This document shows, piece by piece, positions 1 to 11,200 of a DNA stretch of 17,811 nucleotides. The position numbers and the translations under genes were made by a program. The notes under the pieces are model-generated. The model was not told the origin of the DNA and did no database searches. It saw only the letters and a program-made list of their open reading frames with translations. The stretch's first letter is position 1. Every line of letters starts with the position of its first letter. Source of the stretch: Alphaproteobacteria bacterium (GTDB taxonomy: Bacteria; Pseudomonadota; Alphaproteobacteria; UBA8317). Location of the stretch: NCBI GenBank assembly GCA_038131935.1, contig JAYPQH010000008.1, positions 1 to 17,811 on the forward strand, written 5' to 3'.

Positions 1-3000
1 TGTGCATTACTTAATATCAGAATTTAATATCTCCATCACTTAAGGCCACAGATAATATTTCTGTTGTTGCAAAGGGTGAAGCAGAGGTTCTTGGGGCTAT
101 TCAAGCAACCTCTCTCGATATGAATGTCGATGATGGCTTAATTTTACGTGGTGCTGTGGCGACGACAGGTGACTTGAATTTGTCTGGTTTGGGGGCATTG
201 ACACTGAATGATGTTGTGTCATCGGGAGCCGACATGGCCATCGACATGGGTGGCGACCTGAATTTCTCTGAAAACGTATCGGCAGAGGGATCTTTGTTGA
301 TCGATGGCGCAGGACTGACCGCCATAGGTACTTTAGAAGCTCGGGGTGGCCCACTGGTAATAAGTGTGGATGGTTCTGTAGCCTTATTTGGTAGGGTCCT
401 AGCGCAGGAAGAATTGCGTATGATCGTTGGCCAGTATTTGCAAATGAGTGATGTTTCCGTTGGGGAACGCTTTTATGCCAATGCAGGATCAATTGTCGGG
501 CTATCATCTGTTGATGCTGAACAAGTGTCATGATGTATGCGCAAGAAGGTCTGAGCTTATTTGGGACCTTGCGCGCTGTTGATAATGTGCAACTCACGGC
601 CATGGAGGGCGGACTTTTTGCACAAGCACAACTTCAAAGTACAGCTGGAGATGTTGTTCTCTATGGTGGTTCAAGCGTAAATCTACAGGACTCAGTCAAG
701 GCAGGACGCGGCAACATCATCATCTTTGGTGAGAATATTGTCACGCAAGATGTTGTTTCCGGTATCGCTGTGCGGCTGGAAGCACGAGAGCAAGTTGCCG
801 TTAACAAGGTTGTCGAGGCGGGAGCGCTCTACAGTACTGGTGACGCAGCGCGCGCTGATGGGCTGCTAGAGATCACCAGTTATCTGGATGAAATTTATCT
901 AATGGATGATGCACGTGCGACAGGTGTCATGGATATTGAAGCACATGAAGCTCTTATTTCTCGGGGGGATCTATCAACATCTGGTGATATTTTCTTGGAC
1001 GCAACGCATGGCTATGTCAGCCTTTCTGGGGCTGTTACGGGTGGTGAAGATATTGACATTCAAGCCTACACCGACTTGTCGAGCCAAGAAAATGTAACAG
1101 CTACCGGAGGCCTTTTATTCCAGTCTGATACTGGCCAGATATATGTATTTGGCGACGCTCATGCGGCGGATAGCCTGACACTGACAGCTTTTGAAGGCGA
1201 TATCGCTAATGGTTCACTTGCAAATCCTGATGCCAAATTATCGTCTGATACATCCGTAGAGATCTTGACAGGAAATTGAGCAATTATAAGCAATGTTTTT
1301 GCTCCAAATTTAAAGTTAGACGCCGACGATTTGGCTTTCTTGACAGATTCAGATATTTCTGGGGCATCCAGTTGTTGCTGGCGGAGCGATGACCATCGCA
1401 ATTTCCAATCAGGCGCAGGCAAGTTTTTGTAGCTGCAGGTCAGGTTGTATTGGCCGAAGGTTTAACTGTTGGTGATGATCTTACGGTACAAAGTAGTTCA
1501 AACAACATTGTGTTGTCTGATAGCGTGAACGTCACCGGTATGGCTAGCATGCAGGCATCTGGTGGCATAGCAGGCTTATCCCAGATGACATTGTCTGCAT
1601 CACAACTATCCTTGTCAGCCATTGACTTTGTGGAATTTTCAAGCACTTCAGCGCAAGCAATAACAGGAGATGTGACATCTCTGCACGTCTTTGAATATTC
1701 TAGGGACGCTTGATGGTGCCGGGCAAATTAACCTTAATGCTACCCAATCCCTCCTTGTTTACGGTGATATTTCAGGGGATCAAGACATCAATATGAATGT
1801 TCTTGGGATAGGTAGCCTGACGCTAGCAGGAAGCCTTGATGCAGAAGGTGGTGTGAGCATGGTAACGGACGAAGGTCCGATCCAGATCTCTAATGCGCAG
1901 ATTAAAGGGCATGATTTGAGTTTGTTGGCGGACGGGGAAGTGGTTCTGTCACAAGCTGACATTGATGTTTTAGAGGATGTTCAGATCACAGCCCTTGATG
2001 CTTTGAGTATTGTTGGGCTTGATATCACGGCGCAGCAAACAAGCTTTACTGGTGCCCAAATCAGCCAATCAGGAAATGTCCAAAGTGCTAGAGGTCTGCA
2101 ATATAAGGCACTGGATGATGCGCTTGATATTCTTGGAACCACGAAGGTTTTGAGTGGGAATGTCTCCTTTGAAGCGCAAGGTGATGTTGTACTAGAAAAT
2201 CTTGAACTGATAGCGGGTCATCTTTCAGGCAAATCCAATGCTGGTGATTTAGAATTATTAGGTACTCTGTCTGCGCAAAACGTAAATATTGATGCGCGCA
2301 AAGGTGATATAACTGTGGATGCGGAATTGTTATCATCTGGGGACGTACATCTGAATTCTGCGCGTGATCTATCTTTGTATACAGGAACCGACATCACAGC
2401 TGAGGGTCATGTTACACTTACCACTGAAGAAATTTTGGATCTTGCAGGTGTTTCTATTTCATCCGCACAAGGGGATATTGCCCTAAAAAAAAAAAGTGAG
2501 ACAGGAACAGCAAGCATTGCAGGTAACTTCGTGGCGGAAACAGGTGGTTTGGAGGTTGCGGCATACAATAGCCTAGATTTCTCGGGTGCACTCACGATTT
2601 CTGAAGATTTGATTGGGCGTGCAGCTTCGGTGTCTTCAAGCGCACTCTCGGGTAGCATCGGAGGTGATGCCTCTCTAGCCTCAACGCTTTATGATCTTTC
2701 GATGGGGGCTGGATCCATTGAGGTAACAGGTAACCTAAACCTGACGGCGGCTCGTGATGTAAGCTTGGTCGGTATTGATATGACTGGGGATGGTGATGGA
2801 ATCATTCATGCTGGACGGACGTTGTGAGCGACGGGGCAATTCCAATCAAACAATGTCACCATTGATGTTGGGGGTGACTTTATAAGCAGGGTTTTAGATC
2901 TTGGCGCAGATGATCACCTTGATGTTCATGTTGATGGATTATGGTCAGCGACCGAGGGCAGCGTGAGTGCTGATAACTTTGGATGGCCAAGCAAATGAAA

Positions 3001-6000
3001 TCGATTTAACCATCAATATTGTGGCTCCAACGGTATCCTTACAATCTGAAAATGCACTCTTATACCGCGGTTCATTGACAGCATCGGATGAATTGTATCT
3101 TGGATCAACCCAGTCAACAATTACCCTTTCCAATGGGCTTGTTGAGGCTACAGCCATGACCTTTGAGTCTACCGGAAGTCTTTTGAATTCCGCTCAGTTG
3201 GTGGCAGATAGTTTGAAGGCAACCTCACAAACAGCTATCACCTTTGATGGCCTTGTAAATGTTAGTGGAGACCTGTCCTTACTCTCAGATGGTGCACTCA
3301 ACATTAGTGAGAATATCATCGTTGATGGTAATTTTGAGCTTAGTGCATTTGGTGACTTGCGCGCTCAAGCCATCATCACATCTACTGGTCAAGGTTATAT
3401 AGGCTCAGAGGAAGGTCATATAAATCTTAGTGACAGCGTGACAGCAGAAGAAGGTTTAAGGTTAGAAACCAACCTGGGGAATCTAGAAGCTGCATCACTC
3501 TTCACATTTGGTGGTTTGGTGATAGATGTGGCTGGTGATGCGTCGCTTGATGATGTTCGCGCTGATATGTTTGACGCGGATATAGCGGGTCGGTTGGTGA
3601 TCTTGGACAATATGCTTGTACGTGAAGGTGATGTTGAGGTTGGTCAAAATATCACCATCTCATCACTGATCAGATCTGATGACTTCCGTATCGCCTCCTT
3701 GGAGAACATTCTGCTTGATTCAGCAGATGTTCAGGTTGCCAATTTGTTATCTTTAGACTCAGGCTCTGTCTTTGAATTTGTGTCCTCAAATGTGATGGAT
3801 TTGGGTGCACTTCAAGTCCATGCAATCGGTGATATCTCTATGGGGTATGGCCTTAATGCACAAACTATGTCTCTGGTTACAACTGACGGCACGATGAGCC
3901 TCAAGGGTAATTTTGAGGTTACGGAACAGATAGAGCTCGAGGCAACAAAAGGTTCGATCACACTTGAAGACCAACAGGATGGAAGTGGTTTCTCGACCAA
4001 GACCAGCCTTTTACAGGCAGGCACAGACATAACGATCGATGGTGAGGATCAGCGGAAACGCATCTTGGTCCGCAGCTGGTCAGATAACACTCAGTCAACA
4101 AGCGGCATTTGATGAAGCCCTCTTGGAAGCTGGGCAAGACTTATCACTTCAAGCCTTGGTAACCGCTCAAGACCTCCAGCTAGCTGCGGGTCGTGATATG
4201 GATATTTTGGAAGCGACTTTGGATACTGGCATATTCACCGCAGGGAGAGATATTGAACTTGGATTGGTTTCAGACTTTACCAATTTGCGCCTGATTTCAG
4301 AAAATGCGGTGAACACGTTGGTGGATCAGAAGGTTATGGGACGCAATCTTTCCATTGATGCAAACATCGTCGGTACTGAAAATCGTGCATTCCAAATGGC
4401 TGTTGAGCAACTTGAAGCAGAGTTGCAGCAAGCTTGGATTCGCCAAGAGGGTGATGTCTACCTTGGCAATGTCACAGCTTCCGAACAATTTGTTTTCTCT
4501 AGTGATGATCGTATTTTGGCCCATGACGAAACCATGGTTCGTTCGGCTCTGCTTGTGTTGAGTGCTGAGAGCATTGGTTCCACAGGTCAACTTCTAGGGC
4601 TACAAGTTGATGCTTTGGATCTTCAATCAACCGGTGATGTTCATCTTTATGCCATTGATGATTTGACGGTGACGTCGATGGTTGTAGACAATAATGCGGA
4701 ACTCGAAGTTGCAGGGCGATTGTCTATGGGGTCAGATGAGACCATGACAATAGGGCAACATGCTCAGATATCTGCAGAAAATGTTGGATCATCAGCCAAA
4801 TTCTTTGCCTTGGAGGCTGCAAGCGTAGGCATTGGTGTACAACAAGGGGCATGGCTTCTTGTTCAAGAAGGTACCCAGCTTGGGCATTTGGAAGCATCTG
4901 ATATATATGTAAATTCTGATGCAGACATGAACATGGCGCCTGACGGTCTCATCGTTGCAGAGAGCCTAGAAGTTAATGCGGCCCATGTGGATCTTATGGT
5001 CGATACACGCACATTAAAAATGAATGTTGCAGGTGGTCAGCTACATGCGGCGGGTCGTTTGGAGCTAGAAGGTTTGAAGTCGACGGGGAATTTTGGGCTG
5101 TCCTCAGATAGTATTCTTTTGTCAGGGCTTGTGGACGTCGCAGGTATATTGACCCTTACAGCAACCGATTGGTTGGTGCCCGGATCCGTGTATGAACTAC
5201 GTGCCAGCGAGCTTAATTTAGATGTAACTCACGGCTTTGGCACCGAACAATCCCCCAAGATTTTGCATGTGGACAGCCTGTCAGGACAAGCCGAGGAAAT
5301 CTTCGTCCAAGATGCAGATCATTTACGCATCACGGATCTAAATGTACTGGGCACCCTTAAGATACATGCTGATCAGTCTATGGTATTGTTAGGCAATATT
5401 GTAGTTGGCGATGATATCACCCTGACTACACAAGGCGGGGTCCAACAGAATGCAGGGCAACTTGTCTCACACGGCTCATTAGTTGGGATCACTGGGACTG
5501 GTGAGGATATGGTTCTGCATCAAATTACCGTGGAGAATGGTACGGTTATTTTAGATGCTGGTGACAACACCATCATGACGAATAATGCGGAAAATGCGCC
5601 TCATGTTGTAGCTTTGAAGGCAGAGGTTAAGGCTGCTGGTCATGTTGTACGTGATTTAGAGGGCTCTCTCGCAGCACAATTTTCAGCATTGAAGGAAAAG
5701 TTGGTTCGTTTTGATGTGAAGGATATGCTTGGATTTGAGCCTCACGCGCACTTATTCCAAATGGAGTATTTAGGTGAGGAATGGTTTGTTGATACTTCTG
5801 AAGCCATTGTGAAACAAGTTTTTGCACTCGGTTCTGTCAAACCAGATCAAGAATTGTTGATTATGGGTGGATCAATGGATTTCCGGACCCTATCCATTTT
5901 CAACGCAGCGCGTTTGGATGCATTGGTTACCTCATTGCAAAGCCATCTTGATGGACGCTTTGATGAAAGCGCAGATGACAAAGATGATGAAAAGTTGCTT

Positions 6001-6273
6001 GAAATACTCACTGAGGAATTGTTGGGTCAAAATGAAGCAGATATATCGTTGCGTGATGCGTTCGCGCCTCCAAAGCCGCAAAGCCAAGATCCTAATGGTG
6101 TAGAAGTTCCCTATCTTGGGACTGTCGAAACTTCCAAGGATGCAAGGCTTTCACATTCAGTTGTGATGCCGTTTGTGCAGAGTTTGAATAGCTATGCTGC
6201 GGGTGGATACACAGTTTCTGGACAAGTTGATTTCTACGTTTCTGAGGGAGATTTGCCAGAGCTAAAGTTGTGA
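1..6273 (+). CDS. 3' part (>2000 aa) of a giant secreted beta-solenoid / haemagglutinin-like surface protein, interrupted by frameshifts and two in-frame TGA codons (5' end outside the window)
   Basis: ORFs 120-533, 530-1279, 1450-1713, 1691-2827, 2967-4112 and 4039-6273, plus the gaps between them, translate into the same G/A/S/T/D/L/I/V-rich degenerate ~18-22 aa repeats (GDIFLDATHGYV, GDVHLNSARDLSL, AGQDLSL/AAGRDMDI/TAGRDIEL). The fragments join by small frame changes, e.g. ...DITIDGE + ISGNASWSAAGQ at ~4046. No Cys in the in-frame repeat sequence of the listed fragments. Non-repetitive acidic C-terminus ends TGA-TAA-TAA. Confidence 0.8.
2485..2495 (+). repeat. A11 homopolymer inside the giant-protein gene (currently in frame, encodes LKKKS)
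   Basis: ccct-aaaaaaaaaaa-gtgag read directly; longest homopolymer I noticed in the window. Confidence 0.85.
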
Positions 6274-6326
6274 TAATAAAGTGTTCATGTCATAGAGATG
6301 ACGCGTAGTTAATGGTGATAATGAAA

Positions 6327-6331
6327 AGGAG
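6327..6331 (+). promoter_or_regulatory. Shine-Dalgarno (AGGAG) for the SapC-family gene
   Basis: gaaaAGGAGaaaaccacatcATG, ATG at 6343. Confidence 0.7.
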
Positions 6332-6342
6332 AAAACCACATC

Positions 6343-7089
6343 ATGTTCAAAAAACTAGCCCCAGTAACACGGGAAGCCCATAAAAATTTAAAAGTAAAAC
6401 CTATTGAGAATTTTTCATTTTCAAAGGACTTTCATATTGCATCAGTGATGGTGCATGAATTTGTCCGTGCGGCTGCTGTATATCCAATTGTTTTCTTAGA
6501 AGATGCAGAGAATAATTTTCGTCCTGTCGCAATGATTGGTCTCGAAGTGGGTAAGAATTTGTTCATTGATGAAGAGGGAAAATGGCAAGCATCATATGTT
6601 CCTGCGATTATTCGTCGATATCCTTTTGCTTTGGCAAAAGCTGGTGAAGGTGACCAATACACTGTCTGTCTAGACGAAGATGCGAGTGTTTTGGGCTCCG
6701 AGGATGGAAGCCCATTGTTTGATGAAAATGGCGAGCCAACTGAAGTTATTGAAAATGTGAAGAAGTATCTATCTGAGCTTCAGCAAATGGAAATGTTTAC
6801 GAACAATTTTTGTTCATTTTTAAAAGAAAACAATTTGTTCACGCCATTGAACATGCGTGTTGTTGCAGATGACAAGTTGAAAAACATCACGGGTTGTTAT
6901 GTTGTGAATGAAGAGCGTTTAAACAATATGTCTGACGCAACATTCCTAGACATAAAAAATCGTCGTTATCTTCCAGCGATCTACGCACATCTTACATCAC
7001 TTGCGCAAATCGAGAGATTGGCCATGTTGCAAAAGGGTGTTCAAAGCCTTGCTGCATCAGATGTTCAAGAACAAGCGATTGTCCATTAA
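6343..7089 (+). CDS. sapC: SapC family protein (cytoplasmic, 248 aa)
   Basis: Family hallmarks: N-terminal ...PV..EAH..L, 'EF..AA..YPIVF', 'P.A..GL..G.NLF....G.W...YVPA.IRRYPF', C-terminal 'L..IYAHL.SL'. Good RBS. Confidence 0.9.
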   Translation: MFKKLAPVTREAHKNLKVKPIENFSFSKDFHIASVMVHEFVRAAAVYPIVFLEDAENNFRPVAMIGLEVGKNLFIDEEGKWQASYVPAIIRRYPFALAKAGEGDQYTVCLDEDASVLGSEDGSPLFDENGEPTEVIENVKKYLSELQQMEMFTNNFCSFLKENNLFTPLNMRVVADDKLKNITGCYVVNEERLNNMSDATFLDIKNRRYLPAIYAHLTSLAQIERLAMLQKGVQSLAASDVQEQAIVH

Positions 7090-7100
7090 CGGAGTTGACC

Positions 7101-8576
7101 ATGTATTGGGTAACCACAAAGCTCACCATTATTTCAGGCTTATTCTTTTCCGCCGGTCTCGCTACAGGTTCGACTTTAGAACTGTCTGAGGCTGAAGTGG
7201 TTACCCGGATCAAAAATGCGCATCCTTCAATTGTTCGAGAGCAATTGGAGGCCAACATTAAGCAGCAAGCGGTACCTGCTGCATTGGCAGCATTTGATGT
7301 AACCGCTTATGGAACAGCGCAATTTTCTGATGATGATTACAAGAAGCCTCTCACGGCTTTCACCACAAGTCGCCGATTGGATCAACAAGTGGTTTCGGCA
7401 GAAATTGGTTTCAAAAAGAAATTTACCACTGGTACAGAAGTAACCATGTCTGTTGATGGTACCAACATGCGCAGTACAGATGTTGAGCAATATTCAGGCG
7501 GTCAAATGGATACAGAGGTTAATGCTGTCATTGGACTTTCCTTTCGCCAACCTCTTTTGCGCGGGATGAGCGCGCGGTCTGAGCAGGCTGCCGTTGACGA
7601 AGCGGAAGCCACCGTTCAGGCTGCAGAGCACCAAGTGGAATCAAAAATTTTACGAACAGTCGCGGAGGGTTTGAGAAGTTTTTGGGAGCTTTATCGTGCT
7701 GATGCGCAAATAAAATTGCATGCTGATGCACGCGACAATGCCCGAACTATCCTCTCTAGAGCGAAGCTTTTGGCGGCGGAGGGTAAGTTATCTGCTGTCG
7801 ATATTATTGATGCCGAGGCTTTGGTTTTAGAGCGTCAAAGTCGGCTTGTTTCTTCGCGTGCTCAACGCGAAGTTGTACATCACGAATTACGGCTGATGTT
7901 GGATGAGCAAGATGAGGATATTCAGATAAAAATTGCAGACTTGCCAAGTCGAACTGCTCCACCTTTGGTTCATGATCTCGATGCTTATGCTCAGGGTATC
8001 CTTCAGAACTGGCCCGGGTATTTGCGTGCTCAAGCACAATTGAAGGCTGAAGATGCCCGTATCATTCGCGCTGAAGATGCGCTGCTACCGAAGTTAGATC
8101 TCATTGCTGGTGTAAACAAAAGAGGATCTGAAAGTTCAATTCGTGCAGGGGTTAAAGATACAGTCACCTCCTCTGACCGGAGTATTTATGTTGGTTTAAC
8201 TCTTGAAATGCCTTTACAAGGTAATAGACAAGCAGATGCTGTGCGCCAAGCTGCCGAATTACGTAAACAGCAAGCTGAATTGGATATGCGGCAAATTGCT
8301 CGAAGGCTGACCACTGATTTAAAGCAAAGGCTTGCAGAGGCTCAGCAAGCTTATGATCAGTGGCAGTTGGCCCGCGACAATTTGACTTTGAGCCAAAGTC
8401 GGTATGAAAAGTACTATCAGTCCTTTCAGGCAGGAAGAACATCAGTTGTTGAGTTGAGTGATATAGAAGCAAGTCTTATGCGTGCACGCGAGAATGTTGA
8501 AGATAAACATGTAAGTTATCAATTAACGCTTGTTTCACTTCGCCTGGTCGATGGTACCTTGCTAGGTAATTCATAA
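7101..8576 (+). CDS. TolC-family outer membrane efflux/secretion channel
   Basis: GGAG at 7091-7094 supports ATG 7101. N-terminal signal peptide (MYWVTTKLTIISGLFFSAGLATG). Two OEP-like repeats with beta-strands ending 'GLSFRQPLLRG' and 'VGLTLEMPL', 'LLPKLDL', long helical A/E/Q/R segments, 'FQAGRTSVVEL' near the C-terminus. Confidence 0.9.
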   Translation: MYWVTTKLTIISGLFFSAGLATGSTLELSEAEVVTRIKNAHPSIVREQLEANIKQQAVPAALAAFDVTAYGTAQFSDDDYKKPLTAFTTSRRLDQQVVSAEIGFKKKFTTGTEVTMSVDGTNMRSTDVEQYSGGQMDTEVNAVIGLSFRQPLLRGMSARSEQAAVDEAEATVQAAEHQVESKILRTVAEGLRSFWELYRADAQIKLHADARDNARTILSRAKLLAAEGKLSAVDIIDAEALVLERQSRLVSSRAQREVVHHELRLMLDEQDEDIQIKIADLPSRTAPPLVHDLDAYAQGILQNWPGYLRAQAQLKAEDARIIRAEDALLPKLDLIAGVNKRGSESSIRAGVKDTVTSSDRSIYVGLTLEMPLQGNRQADAVRQAAELRKQQAELDMRQIARRLTTDLKQRLAEAQQAYDQWQLARDNLTLSQSRYEKYYQSFQAGRTSVVELSDIEASLMRARENVEDKHVSYQLTLVSLRLVDGTLLGNS

Positions 8577-8580
8577 AGCA

Positions 8581-9372
8581 ATGCTGCGCGGTTTGCTCAT
8601 ATGGATGATCCCTTTTTTTGCCATCGGGCAGGAAGCTACAGGTGTTCTGTACCCTCATGATGAGAGGGTGCTGTCCTTCTCGCAAAGCGGTTTGGTAAAG
8701 CGGGTTCCCGTTGAACCAGGTAGTTTGGTCGCGAAGGGGGATGTTTTGGTTCAGCTGGATGATCGTGCAAAAGCCCTTGAAGTGTCACGTCGTGACAAAG
8801 TGCGTGCGGATCGGTTTGAAATTTCTTCGGTGACAGAACAATTGAAGACAGCGAAGGCCCAGTTGGTATCCGCTGAGAAACTCTATGCAGAAGCGCAAGT
8901 GGTAAGCTTAGATGAGCTCAGACGTCTTCGTCTTGATGTTACAAGTCTTCAAGCAAGACTAGGCCAATTAGAGTCAGATTCAGAGAGAACGCGCATTGAG
9001 TATGACATGGCTGTGCTTGATTACGAGCAACAGACATTGACATCACCTATGGCGGGTACGGTCACACAGATTACCCGTGATGAAGGTGAATGGATCAGCG
9101 CAGGGGATCCTATTGCTGAAGTTGTTGACACAAGCCAATTGGAGTTGCGTGCGAATATCGAAGCGACCTCTGTCTGGCGCCGGGTAGAGCGTGGCATGAT
9201 GCTCTTAGTCCGCGGTGAGCAAGGCCAAACGCGTGAGGGGCTTGTGACCTATGTTTCTCCTGTTGCTGATGCGAGCAGTGGACTTGTTGAGGTGCATTTT
9301 TTGCTCAACAACAGCGATGCAGCGTTCCTTGCCGGTACGCAAGGTATCGTCAGTTTGCCCCATGGCCAGTGA
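8581..9372 (+). CDS. Periplasmic adaptor / membrane fusion protein (RND-MFP/HlyD family)
   Basis: Short N-terminal hydrophobic signal; lipoyl-like halves 'SGLVKRVPVEPGSLVAKGDVLVQLD' and 'LTSPMAGTVTQITRDEGEWISAGDPIAEVVD' flanking a coiled-coil hairpin; beta-barrel motif 'GLVTYVSPVADASSG'. Confidence 0.9.
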   Translation: MLRGLLIWMIPFFAIGQEATGVLYPHDERVLSFSQSGLVKRVPVEPGSLVAKGDVLVQLDDRAKALEVSRRDKVRADRFEISSVTEQLKTAKAQLVSAEKLYAEAQVVSLDELRRLRLDVTSLQARLGQLESDSERTRIEYDMAVLDYEQQTLTSPMAGTVTQITRDEGEWISAGDPIAEVVDTSQLELRANIEATSVWRRVERGMMLLVRGEQGQTREGLVTYVSPVADASSGLVEVHFLLNNSDAAFLAGTQGIVSLPHGQ

Positions 9373-11196
9373 CGTTGTTGCGCTTTTTGCGCGTGTGAGG
9401 GAATTACGTCTGATTAGGCTGACCAACGATTTGTGGACAGCATCAGACTATTGGCAAGAATATTTGCGCGTCTTTTGCGCGTTGACCCAATCGAGTTTGC
9501 CGCGTGTGTTTCGATTTGATGATGGGCAATGGTATGTCCGTGAGGGTATTAACTTCATCCAAGAGCAACCCCTAAGTGATGCTGAAGAGCGCCCGCATTT
9601 GGAGAAGGCATGTCGTCAAAGTTTTGCGCTTGCTGAACTTGTTACAGGTGTTTCGTCGCGTCGTGCCTACGTGTCGTTGGCCCCACTTGAACATGTTGTG
9701 TTATGCGTGGAACTTTCCCCAGAGGCCCAGCAGCGACTCTCTGAGGTCATGGTGCGGGCGCAATTGATAGGTGATGTGCCTTCGCACTGGTTACAAGAAG
9801 GTCAAGAAGCAGATCAACTCTCCTTAGCAACTATTCAGAAAGACCCCGATTGGTTAAGGTTGCTAGCTCATATTCACGCAGGAAAAAATTTTCGTGTTGC
9901 AGCTACAAGTTGGGTGAATGGGCTGGTCAACAAATTTCACCAAGTCGAGTTGGCAGCAGTTGGGTGGCGCCGTGGGGACTATCTCCGTTTAGAAGTTGTG
10001 AGTCACTTTGAAAAATTTCAACATAAAACCGAGCTTATCAAATCTCTTGAAGTCGCAATGGAGGAGGCTTCTGATCAGGGAATAAGTATTCTCTATGGTG
10101 ACGGTCGCACGCAGCCATTTGCGGTACGGGCCCATCAACAGCTCCAGCGCGTACTTGGAAGTCGTGAAATTCTCACTGTGCCGGTCGTGGATAATGAAAG
10201 CCAAGATGAAGTTGTGGTTGTTCTTGTCTCTTTTGATCAGCCTCTTCTGACTCAGTTGGAGCCTATTGTACGATATATTGCGTTGACTGTTTTACCGCAG
10301 CTGAGGCGTCTACACCAAAAAGACGCGGTATTGTGGGACGAATGGCTGCTGCTCTTGCCCAGTTGTTTAAATTTTTATTGGGACAACAGCATTGGATCTC
10401 TAAAGCGGTTGGCATTTTGGTTGTTGTTTTGGTGCTAGCCCTCGTTCTGGTGAAGTTGCCGCATCGGGTTGAAGGTGAAGGACGATTGTTGGCGCGTACA
10501 TCGCAAGTCGTAACGGCACCTTATGATGGTTTTCTTGATAAAATTCTGGTTGATAGTGGCGATTTTGTAAAAAAAGGTGATGTCATTGTTACCCTGGATA
10601 CGCAGGATCTTTTGCTGCAGTTGTCGGAAGTAGATGCAGAGCTTTTACGCTTTCAAGCAGAACGTGATGCTGCCCGTGCCCGACGCGAATTGGTAGAAGT
10701 TAATATCAATGAAGCTAAAATTGGCCAGACCCAAGCCCGTAGAGAGCGTCTTATAGCATATCTTTCGCAATCACAGCTTAAAGCACCATTTGACGGTGTT
10801 GTGGTCGAAGGTGATCGCACAGAATTATTGTCATCACCAGTTGAGTTGGGTGACAAATTATTTCGTATTGCGGCGTTAGACAGTCTGTTTGTCCGGGCAA
10901 CGATCCTAGAGCATGATGTGGTATTTTTAGACAACAAGATGTCAGGGGAATTTGCGTTTGTAAGCCTTCCACACCTTACGCACCCTGTAACTTTAGACCT
11001 TATTTTTCCAGAGGCGAGTTTTGCTGAACAGCGTGGTAACGGTTTTGACTTAGATCTTCGCTTCCAAGAAGGAGCGCAACCTTGGTGGCGTCCCGGTATG
11101 TCGGGTGTGGTAAAGCTTGATGCAGGTGATAAGGCTGCATGGTGGATTTTCTCGCATAGAATTATTGATCGCTTACGTTTGTTTTTCTGGTGGTAG
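9362..11196 (+). CDS. GAF-like domain + single TM + HlyD-family adaptor protein (~611 aa), split by one apparent frameshift at ~10335
   Basis: ATG 9362 (MASDVV...) overlaps the previous stop. ORFs 9251-10438 and 10333-11196 join if GGG at 10335-10337 is GGGG (…KDAVLW-GRMAAALAQ…). The N-half has a GAF-like pattern (AMEEASDQG…AHQQL…ILTVPV). It is followed by TM AVGILVVVLVLALVLV, lipoyl motifs 'VTAPYDGFL…V.SGDFVKKGDV' and 'LKAPFDGVVV', and a 'WWRPGMSG' C-terminal motif. Confidence 0.8.
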
Positions 11197-11200
11197 ACAG

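Noticed and set aside
6289-6302. Hairpin GTCAT-agag-ATGAC after giant gene 1 as a terminator
   Set aside because: Only a 5-bp AT-containing stem with no U-tract; too weak to call.
7101-11196. Ordinary multidrug or metal RND/ABC efflux pump
   Set aside because: No RND, MFS or ABC transporter is in the operon; the neighbours (SapC, SecA-like, M50, giant proteins) point to protein export.
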